Shown: positions 26,996 through 34,303 of the stretch, piece after piece
Position numbering within the stretch: the stretch's first letter is position 1
Layout of the letters: each line of letters begins with the position of its first letter
Source: Eubacteriales Family XIII. Incertae Sedis bacterium
GTDB taxonomy: Bacteria > Bacillota > Clostridia > Peptostreptococcales > Anaerovoracaceae
DNA length: 64,000 bases
Reading direction: 5' to 3'
NCBI GenBank assembly: GCA_031256875.1
Contig: JAIRPQ010000065.1
Span: 2,264-66,263, forward strand
Notes under the pieces: generated by a model
The model's database searches: none
The model's input: the letters and a program-made list of their open reading frames with translations, nothing else
Told to the model about the DNA's origin: nothing
Program-made: the position numbers and the translations under genes

Positions 26996-27883
26996 TTAAT
27001 AGATATTTTTTAACCCTGTGAACTGATTCTTGAAGAATGTGCGCCAGTAACTTTCGTTAGAGTTTTGGCCAACGGCATCGCTCACCCAGTCTGACTGAAT
27101 CATGTACGCCTTTATTTTCAAAGTCGCGCCATTTATTTCTTCTTCTGTCCATGTATTAGGGAATTTGATGTCATCTATTAAGAATGCCTCGGTTTTACCG
27201 TCATGCGATATTGGAACCAGACCGTTTTTGGAACTGACGTCATATCCGCTACCTTTCGCGTAGAAATATATCTTATGCCTTTCGCTTTCGCTTTGCACCG
27301 TGCAGCTGTCTGTCGTACGCCATGGCCCGTCGCCAGGATATGCCTGCGCACCATTTAGCGAATGAGCACCATTGAAGTTTATATTATCGAAGAAAGCTTC
27401 GGCTTTTGACTCCGCCTCAGAACCGGAATAGCTCTCACCCATAGAGAATATTAGCTCGATGGCAACATAGGCATCGGCACTACCTGTATTTTTCACATAG
27501 AGGTTTTTGATAATAGGTTGGTTAGGCGCGATGTTACCAAGCGCGACTTCGCCATCTTCCGTCATTGTATAAATATCTGAAGAGTCATCACCGCTTACAC
27601 CGAACTTATCCTCCTCCGCATTAAAATCATCGCCAATGTTCTCCGCCACCACCTCGTGCAGCTCGCCTTCTACGTTTCCTGCTGTCATCACGTTTTTGGC
27701 GGTGGGGGTTTCGTGCGTCAGCAGCATCAGCGTGCCGCCGCAGCCTACCGCTACCGCGAGCACCGCCGCCAGCGCAGCAAGGTATTTCTTGCTGTGCCTT
27801 AGCCCAAAGAAACTGTTACTCTTCGCGTACTTCCCACCAAACGATAAACACTTCTCCGAATGTTTTCCCAACATGGCAAACAC
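26996..27883 (-). CDS. SipW-dependent TasA/BsaA-like matrix fibre protein (paralog 2)
   Basis: 295 aa with N-terminus ...SKKYLAALAAVLAVAVGCGGTLMLLTHETPTAKNVMTAGN. It carries the YVKNTGSADAYVAIEL motif and the C-terminal LKIKAYMIQ. The start is ambiguous (GTG 27883 or ATG 27874). Confidence 0.7.
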   Translation of the reverse strand: MFAMLGKHSEKCLSFGGKYAKSNSFFGLRHSKKYLAALAAVLAVAVGCGGTLMLLTHETPTAKNVMTAGNVEGELHEVVAENIGDDFNAEEDKFGVSGDDSSDIYTMTEDGEVALGNIAPNQPIIKNLYVKNTGSADAYVAIELIFSMGESYSGSEAESKAEAFFDNINFNGAHSLNGAQAYPGDGPWRTTDSCTVQSESERHKIYFYAKGSGYDVSSKNGLVPISHDGKTEAFLIDDIKFPNTWTEEEINGATLKIKAYMIQSDWVSDAVGQNSNESYWRTFFKNQFTGLKNIY

Positions 27884-27918
27884 CCCGTCCTTTCTTACTC
27901 CCGTTTGTAGTTATGCCT

Positions 27919-27947
27919 ATCATATAATAGCGAATTGCAAAATGCAA
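27919..27947 (-). promoter_or_regulatory. Candidate promoter of the sipW/tasA-like operon, overlapped by the palindrome TTGCAAAATGCAA
   Basis: On the minus strand: TTGCAT (27942-27947), a 17-nt spacer, and TATGAT (27919-27924). The inverted repeat TTGCA-N3-TGCAA at 27935-27947 covers the -35. A related TTGCATTTGCGA lies at 27992-28003. Confidence 0.4.
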
Positions 27948-28116
27948 TACATTTGTATGTTATTTTTGTGTTAATTATGTGAATAATCGTCTTGCATTTG
28001 CGATTCAATTGTAATTCAACGGGGGTGCTGAATGTGATTGTTATTTATTGCATAATAGTTATAGGCTGACGGGCAGGGAATCTTATTTGCGCTGTCAGGG
28101 ATAAGGCAGGAACAGC

Positions 28117-28293
28117 ATGGAAAAATTCAAGATACCGACGATACCGCGCACGACGAGCAAGAGTATCCGGTTTCCCGACAATATAATAGAAGGCGTTGAA
28201 CAGGCGATACAGGACAAGGACTGCACGTTCACGGCTTTCGTGGTGGAAGCTGTGCGCGTCGCGCTCGTGAATGTTTCGGAAGGCGGAGAGTAG
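28117..28293 (+). CDS. 58-aa ribbon-helix-helix-like small DNA-binding protein (tentative)
   Basis: Below the track cutoff and hand-translated: MEKFKIPTIPRTTSKSIRFPDNIIEGVEQAIQDKDCTFTAFVVEAVRVALVNVSEGGE. The pattern is a basic strand (SIRFP) followed by two helices. RBS AAGGCAGGA. It is divergent from the fibre operon. Confidence 0.5.
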   Translation: MEKFKIPTIPRTTSKSIRFPDNIIEGVEQAIQDKDCTFTAFVVEAVRVALVNVSEGGE

Positions 28294-28316
28294 ATGTTGG
28301 ATATGGAAAAGGGGTG

Positions 28317-30191
28317 TCAGACACCCCTTGTTTCTGCGGCTATGGTTTCCAGCGCTTTTGTTATGGCTTCGCCCGGCGTCAGCTCTATGGTGCTTTCTTT
28401 TGGCTCTCTTCGCAGCTTGTATTCCACTATGCCGTCCGCGGCTTTTTTGCCTACCGTTATCCTGATGGGGATGCCGAATATGTCGGCGTCGTTGAATTTC
28501 ACGCCGGCTCTTTCGTCGCGGTCGTCTATGACGGCTTCCGCTCCCGCAGCGATGAGCTTTTCGTAAATTTCGTCTGCCACGCGGCGCGCGTTTTCGTCGT
28601 CGCCTTTCGCGAGCGTTATTATCGCATGGTACGGCGCGACGGACATGGGCCAGAGTATGCCTTTGTCGTCGTGGTATTGCTCGACCACCGCCGCCATCGT
28701 GCGCGTCACGCCGATGCCGTAGCAGCCCATGAGTATAAGCTGTTCCTGCATGTTCTCGTCGCGGTAGGTGGCGCCCATGGCTTCCGAGTATTTCGTGCCT
28801 AGCTTGAACACCTGCCCGACTTCGATGCCGCGCGCCATATTGAGCGGCCTTCCGCAATCAGGGCAGGGGTCGCCCTCTCGCACGAGTTTCAGGTCGGCCA
28901 CGATATCGCCCTCGTAATCGCGCCCGTAGTTCACGCCCGTCAGGTGGTGGTCTATTTTGCAAGCCCCCGCGCAGAGGTTTTTCTGTCCGACCAGCTCGCT
29001 GTCCACGACGATGGTGCAGTCGTGCAGCCCGACGGGGCCGGTGAACCCGCCTACGCAGCCGGTCGCTTCCGACATGGCGGTTTCGTCGGCGAACTCTATC
29101 ATGTGTTCGGCGATGCCGAGGGCGTTGATGAGCTTGGTCATGTTCAGCTCGCGGTCGCCGCGTATGAAGGCCGCTACGTATTGCTTTACCTTGTACGGGG
29201 TAGTGGACCCAGTGTCCTTGCCCGCCATGGCGGTTTGGGCGGGGGCGGCACCAGGCTCCGCCGTTGCTGATTGGGCGGCGGGGGTTTCTTCCGCTTCCGC
29301 TGTGTCGCGGCCTATGTTTTCGTCGTCCTCGTAGACTGCGAAAAGCAGGGCTTTGATGGTCTTGCCGGTGGGCAGCCCCAAATAATTCGCGACGGATTCT
29401 ATCGTCTTGGTATTCGGCGTATGCACTTCCGTTATTGGATCCAGCGCTTCGGTTTCGGGCGAAGCGGGGTCGTCCACGAATACAGCCTGGTCAGCGGTCG
29501 CGGCGAAGTCGCAGCTGTCGCAGTACATGATATCGCTCTCGCCGTAGTCGCAGAGCGCGACGAACTCCTGCGATTCGCTGCCGCCGATGGCGCCGTTGTC
29601 GGCCCAGACCGCGCGGAAGTCGAGCCCGCAGCGCGTGAAAATCCTTTCGTACGCGTCATACATCACGCGGTAGCTCTCGTCGAGCCCGCTCTGATCCCTG
29701 TCGAACGAATACGCGTCCTTCATGATGAACTCGCGGGCGCGCATGAGCCCATAGCGCGGGCGCGCCTCGTCGCGGTATTTCGTCTGTATCTGGTAGAGGT
29801 TGATCGGGAGCTGCTTGTGCGAGGTGATCTCAGAGCGCACGATGTCCGTGAACACTTCCTCGGCGGTCGGTCCGAGACAAAATTCCCGAGCGTGGCGGTC
29901 GCGCACGCGCCACATCTCCGGCCCGTACACCGACCAGCGCCCCGATTCGCTCCAGAGCTCGGCGGAGTGCAGCGGGGACATGAGTATCTCGGTCGCGCCC
30001 GACCTGTCCATTTCCTCGCGGACGATCTGCTCTATCTTGCGGACGGTGCGCCAGCCCATATTCATGTAGCCGTAGACGCCCGATACCATCTTGCGGATCA
30101 TGCCTGCCCGAAGCAGCCAGACATGGCTGGGTATCTCGGCCTCGCCAGGCGTCTCGCGAAGGGTTGTAACGTGGGCTTGTGATAGTCGCAT
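28317..30191 (-). CDS. proS: Proline--tRNA ligase (bacterial type with editing domain)
   Basis: 624 aa: MRLSQAHVTTLRETPGEAEIPSHVWLLRAGMIRK... There is a low-complexity insertion (EAEETPAAQSATAEPGAAPAQTAMAGKDTGST) inside the editing-domain region. Confidence 0.95.
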   Translation of the reverse strand: MRLSQAHVTTLRETPGEAEIPSHVWLLRAGMIRKMVSGVYGYMNMGWRTVRKIEQIVREEMDRSGATEILMSPLHSAELWSESGRWSVYGPEMWRVRDRHAREFCLGPTAEEVFTDIVRSEITSHKQLPINLYQIQTKYRDEARPRYGLMRAREFIMKDAYSFDRDQSGLDESYRVMYDAYERIFTRCGLDFRAVWADNGAIGGSESQEFVALCDYGESDIMYCDSCDFAATADQAVFVDDPASPETEALDPITEVHTPNTKTIESVANYLGLPTGKTIKALLFAVYEDDENIGRDTAEAEETPAAQSATAEPGAAPAQTAMAGKDTGSTTPYKVKQYVAAFIRGDRELNMTKLINALGIAEHMIEFADETAMSEATGCVGGFTGPVGLHDCTIVVDSELVGQKNLCAGACKIDHHLTGVNYGRDYEGDIVADLKLVREGDPCPDCGRPLNMARGIEVGQVFKLGTKYSEAMGATYRDENMQEQLILMGCYGIGVTRTMAAVVEQYHDDKGILWPMSVAPYHAIITLAKGDDENARRVADEIYEKLIAAGAEAVIDDRDERAGVKFNDADIFGIPIRITVGKKAADGIVEYKLRREPKESTIELTPGEAITKALETIAAETRGV

Positions 30192-30214
30192 TTCTTTTAC
30201 TCCTTATTAGCTTG

Positions 30215-30317
30215 TCTTTTTTCCGTTTGGCTTTGTTGCTGCTCGCGTGTGCGTGCTCACGTACGTCTTAGTACGCTCCGCTCGCCCCCGCTCACGCGCC
30301 TAGCCAAACGAAAAAAA
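30215..30317 (-). repeat. Long-range inverted repeat in the ispDF-proS intergenic region
   Basis: The arms TTTTTTCCGTTTGGCT (30217-30232) and AGCCAAACGAAAAAAA (30302-30317) pair over 9+6 bp. They enclose ~70 nt that contain the small hairpin CGTAC-N6-GTACG (30260-30275). Confidence 0.45.
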
Positions 30318-30324
30318 TCCTGCG

Positions 30325-31626
30325 CTATACAAAACTGTTATCAATTATTTTCCTCAGCCGCACTACCGCCTGGGCTCCTATGCCTTCTTCTTTGGCTGTG
30401 TAGCCTAGGTGTTCGGTGGTGGTGGCTTTCACTCCTATTTTATCACGGTCTGTGCCCAGCGCGGCGGCCAGGCTGTCCCTTATTTTTTCTATGTGCGGGG
30501 CCATGCGCGGGCGCTCCGCGACTATGGTCGTGTCGGCGTTATATACGGCATAGCCTTTTGCTTCGGCCAGGCGCTTCACTTCGTTCAGAAGTTTCATGCT
30601 CGATATGCCTTTGTATTTGGCGTCGGTGTCGGGAAAATACCTGCCGATATCGCCGAGCGCGAGCGCGCCGAGGATGGCGTCCATGAGCGCGTGCGTGAGG
30701 ACATCGGCGTCCGAGTGGCCGTCAAGCCCGCGGCTTTCGGGGATCTCGACGCCGCCCAGCACGAGCGGCGCGGGGTAGTCCGCGAAGCGGTGTGCGTCGA
30801 AGCCTATGCCGACGCGGTCGTCAGTGCCGGCGCTATCGCTCGCGCCCGCGCCGATAGAGGGCGCTGTCATGTCCGCCGGCGTTGTTATCTTGCGGTTCGC
30901 GTAGTCGCCCATCGCGATCAGCACTGCCTGCGCGGGGTGGCCGTAGCGCTGGGCTAGCGTTCCGTCGTCTGTTGCCGTGAAGCCTTCTTTTGCGGCGGCT
31001 TCGTGCGCGGCCAGTATCATGCGCATGTCGAAGCCTTGCGGGGTCTGCACCGACCAGAGGGTTTGGCGCGGAGGGGAGTCCGCGAGAAAGAGCGGCTGCC
31101 CGCACTGCGGCTCCGCGTTGGCCACGTATATGGTATCCGTCGCGGGTACGCACGAGACGGCCGCGCCTGTTATGGAGGCGCCCTTGACCACGTGCGCTAT
31201 GGCTTCCTGCGTCACGAAGGGGCGCGCCGCGTCGTGAATCAGGACGAGGGGTGATGGCTCCGCGGAGGGCATGCCTGCATTAATCAGCGCTTCCTTAGCG
31301 CCGTCAGGCTGATCGGCGGCGGGCAGCTGTTTTGCCGCCACGAACCGCAGGCCCCGCAGCACGGATTCCTGCCGCGTGTCCGCGCCTATGGCGGTGTCGC
31401 GGTATTTCGATAGCACACGCAGAAGTTCGCCTGTGCGCTCTGCGTACTCGGTGAGTGCGACGGCGTAGATGTCGTCGACCAGCGGGCATTCCTCGAAGGC
31501 TCGCGCCGCGCGCAGCACCATCGGCTCGCCGCCGACATCGAGGAACTGCTTGGGCACCTCGGTGCCGAGCCTGGCCCCGCTTCCCGCCGCCATTATTATT
31601 GCTGTTATTCTATGGTTGTTAAACAT
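30325..31626 (-). CDS. ispDF: Bifunctional IspD/IspF (MEP cytidylyltransferase / MEcPP synthase)
   Basis: 433 aa. The N-terminal half has AAGSGARLG (IspD) and the C-terminal half has IGFDAHRF...GHSDADVLTHA (IspF). They are joined by an Ala/Ser/Gly linker. Confidence 0.92.
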   Translation of the reverse strand: MFNNHRITAIIMAAGSGARLGTEVPKQFLDVGGEPMVLRAARAFEECPLVDDIYAVALTEYAERTGELLRVLSKYRDTAIGADTRQESVLRGLRFVAAKQLPAADQPDGAKEALINAGMPSAEPSPLVLIHDAARPFVTQEAIAHVVKGASITGAAVSCVPATDTIYVANAEPQCGQPLFLADSPPRQTLWSVQTPQGFDMRMILAAHEAAAKEGFTATDDGTLAQRYGHPAQAVLIAMGDYANRKITTPADMTAPSIGAGASDSAGTDDRVGIGFDAHRFADYPAPLVLGGVEIPESRGLDGHSDADVLTHALMDAILGALALGDIGRYFPDTDAKYKGISSMKLLNEVKRLAEAKGYAVYNADTTIVAERPRMAPHIEKIRDSLAAALGTDRDKIGVKATTTEHLGYTAKEEGIGAQAVVRLRKIIDNSFV

Positions 31627-31697
31627 TTTCTACATTATAATATGTGAGAATCCATTTTCGGAAATACGGTTTCGAAAGGCGCAAAACCGGACGGGAA

Positions 31698-32804
31698 TCA
31701 TTTCGGCTTTGCGAATATCATTCTCCCCGCCGCCGTCTGCAACACCGTCGTCACCGAAACGTCTACCGCTTTGCCTATCAGCCGGCGGCCTTCCTCTACC
31801 ACTATCATCGTGCCGTCGTCGAGGTAGGCCAGCGCCTGGCCGCGTTCCTTGCCCTCTTTCACGAGGAATACGTTCATCATCTCGCCCGGCAGGACGGCCG
31901 GCTTCAGCGCGTTCGCCAGCTCGTTGATGTTCAGGACTTTCACGCCTTGAATACCCGCCACCTTGTTCAGGTTGTAATCGTTCGTCACGACTTTGCCGCC
32001 CATGGACTGCGCGAGCTTCAGCAACTTCACGTCGACCTCGGGGATTTCGTCGAGCCCTTTTTCGGAAGCCGTGTTGTAGATCTCTATGCCGTAGTCGGTC
32101 TGGATTTTGTTCAGGATGTCCAGCCCCCTGCGGCCGCGCTCGCGCTTCAGGCCGTCCGAGCTGTCGGCGATATGGCGCAGCTCCACGAGGACGAACTCGG
32201 GGATGACTATCTTGCCTTCCACGAACCCGCATTTCATGATGCCCTCTATGCGCCCGTCGATGATGACTGACGTGTCGAGTATTTTGGGGCTGGAATCGGG
32301 ATTCGACTTGGAGGCCGCGGTGCGGAATCCTGCCCTGCGCGCCGCTACGACCGCTGCTATCAGATCGCGGCCTTTCCTGTATCCGATGATGACGCCGAGC
32401 CACGCGAACACGATATAGACCGCGACGGTCAGCGCGACGCTGAGCGCGTCGTTATCAATGCGCGCGAATATCCCTCTGAGCAGGAACGCTATGACGAGCC
32501 CTATTATCAGGCCCGCCGTTCCTGACAGCAGATCCTGCGCGGGCAGATGTCTGATGTCCGCTTCGATGCCTCTGGAAAACGCGGCGCTTTTCTTTGCAAT
32601 GACCGGAGTGAGCAAAAAAAATAACAATCCGAAAATAAGTGCGAATGCTATTGCCACGATGCCCCATCCGAAATCCGTCAGCATATCGTGCGCAACAAGC
32701 CCAAGTGCTTTCTCGCCGGTAACATATTGCAAGAGGAGGAAAACGCCGTACCCAGCGGCCATGCCGATGAGCGTAACACCACCTCTTATTAGTCTCTTAA
32801 GCAT
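31698..32804 (-). CDS. yacL: PIN/TRAM-domain membrane protein (YacL family)
   Basis: 368 aa with four N-terminal TM helices, a PIN-like core (ILDTSVIIDGRI...) and a C-terminal TRAM-like segment. It sits upstream of ispD/F, as in B. subtilis. Confidence 0.8.
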   Translation of the reverse strand: MLKRLIRGGVTLIGMAAGYGVFLLLQYVTGEKALGLVAHDMLTDFGWGIVAIAFALIFGLLFFLLTPVIAKKSAAFSRGIEADIRHLPAQDLLSGTAGLIIGLVIAFLLRGIFARIDNDALSVALTVAVYIVFAWLGVIIGYRKGRDLIAAVVAARRAGFRTAASKSNPDSSPKILDTSVIIDGRIEGIMKCGFVEGKIVIPEFVLVELRHIADSSDGLKRERGRRGLDILNKIQTDYGIEIYNTASEKGLDEIPEVDVKLLKLAQSMGGKVVTNDYNLNKVAGIQGVKVLNINELANALKPAVLPGEMMNVFLVKEGKERGQALAYLDDGTMIVVEEGRRLIGKAVDVSVTTVLQTAAGRMIFAKPK

Positions 32805-32900
32805 TTATATTATACGTGAGCCTCCTCTATCTCTACTGTTTTAATTACTGTTATATTATATTGTAATAATTTTGTGTAATAATTTTGGAACGGTGGGTTG

Positions 32901-33380
32901 CTACCCTAGGACGAGCATGCTTATCTGCTCCTCGATTTCTCTTGCATCCCTTTCGCTCACTAGCATCAGCTCGCTGATGAGTATCTGCTTGGCGCTGGTG
33001 AGCATTTTTTTCTCTCCCATCGAGAGCTTCTTTTTTTTCTCCGCGCGCATGAGGTTGCGAACCACTTCGCAAACGCTGTTCAGCTGGCCTGTCTTGAGCT
33101 TTTCCATGTTGTCGCGGTAACGCCTGTTCCAGTTGCCCGTGGCTTCGTCGGACTTGCTTTTCAGAGCGCGCTCCATCGCCTTCAGCTCTTTCTTGTCCAC
33201 TATCTCGCGGACGCCCACGCTGTCGGTGTTGTCGCATGGAATCATGACCGTGACGTCACCGATAGGCAGCCTGAGAATATAATAACGCCGCCTCTCGTCG
33301 AGTATCTGTCTGTCCTCGATGGACTCCACGACGCCCGCGCCGTGCATAGGATATACGATTTTATCGCCTATCGAGTACAA
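32901..33380 (-). CDS. carD: CarD/CdnL-family RNA-polymerase-binding regulator
   Basis: YSIGDKIVYPMHGAGVVESIEDRQILDERRRYYILRLP is typical CarD_CdnL_TRCF sequence. I place the start at TTG 33380 (AGGAGAG RBS 5 nt upstream) rather than 33398. Confidence 0.85.
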   Translation of the reverse strand: MYSIGDKIVYPMHGAGVVESIEDRQILDERRRYYILRLPIGDVTVMIPCDNTDSVGVREIVDKKELKAMERALKSKSDEATGNWNRRYRDNMEKLKTGQLNSVCEVVRNLMRAEKKKKLSMGEKKMLTSAKQILISELMLVSERDAREIEEQISMLVLG

Positions 33381-33634
33381 ATTTTCTCTCCTAACCAACC
33401 TTATTAGCTGTTATCCCGTTCAATATGACCTGTGACCTGTTCGACATTCCACTGCGTTTACATAACATATTATACGCCAAAAACGCGGTTTCGTCAAATC
33501 GCCCGTCAAATCGAAGCTGGCGATAATCGCGCCGCAATCGCGCTTGCGGCATTGTAATGGCGGGGGGCGTTGTGGTATGATTTTGATAGGTATGTATTCT
33601 GGTTTTTGAATATGCCTAAGAATGGAGGGAAGCA

Positions 33635-34303
33635 ATGAGCAGGCTTTTGATAGTTGACGATGAGCAAAAAATCCGCGAGGTCATACGCGAGTATGCGGAG
33701 TTCAACGGCTTTGACGTGTCCGAGGCCGAGGACGGAATGGACGCGGTGGAAATATGCAAGGAAGAGGACTTCGACATTATCGTGATGGACGTGATGATGC
33801 CGAAGCTCGACGGGTTCTCGGCGGTGAAAGCCATACGCGAGTTTAAGGACATCCCTGTAATAATGCTGTCGGCCAGGGGTGAGGAGTACGACAAGCTCTT
33901 TGGCTTTGAAATCGGCGCGGACGATTATATGGTGAAGCCTTTCAGCCCGAAGGAGCTGATGGCCAGGGTCGGCGTCATCCTCGCGCGGAGGGCTCCCGCG
34001 GAGGATGCCACCACGCGCCTGGTTTTCGACGGGCTGGAAATCGACATCCCCGCGCGGTCGGTGCATGTGGACGGCGCGGCGGTGGAACTGACGCCCAAGG
34101 AATACGAGCTGTTATTCTATCTCGCGCAGAACAAGGGCATCGCGCTCTCGCGGGACAAGCTGCTCCAGGACATCTGGGGCTACGATTATTTCGGGGACGA
34201 CAGAACCATCGACACGCATATCAAGAACTTACGCAACAACCTCGGTCCGTACCGCGACAAAATCACCACGCTGAGGGGCGTAGGATACAAATTTGAGTCG
34301 TGA
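33635..34303 (+). CDS. OmpR/PhoB-family response regulator
   Basis: 222 aa with REC (LIVDDE...DVMMPKLDG) plus a winged helix (LRGVGYKFES). Confidence 0.93.
   Translation: MSRLLIVDDEQKIREVIREYAEFNGFDVSEAEDGMDAVEICKEEDFDIIVMDVMMPKLDGFSAVKAIREFKDIPVIMLSARGEEYDKLFGFEIGADDYMVKPFSPKELMARVGVILARRAPAEDATTRLVFDGLEIDIPARSVHVDGAAVELTPKEYELLFYLAQNKGIALSRDKLLQDIWGYDYFGDDRTIDTHIKNLRNNLGPYRDKITTLRGVGYKFES

Noticed and set aside
28045-28857. 270-aa Arg-rich minus-strand ORF
   Set aside because: It is an alternative frame of the proS 3' end and of the non-coding spacer. Its composition is typical of off-frame GC-rich translation.
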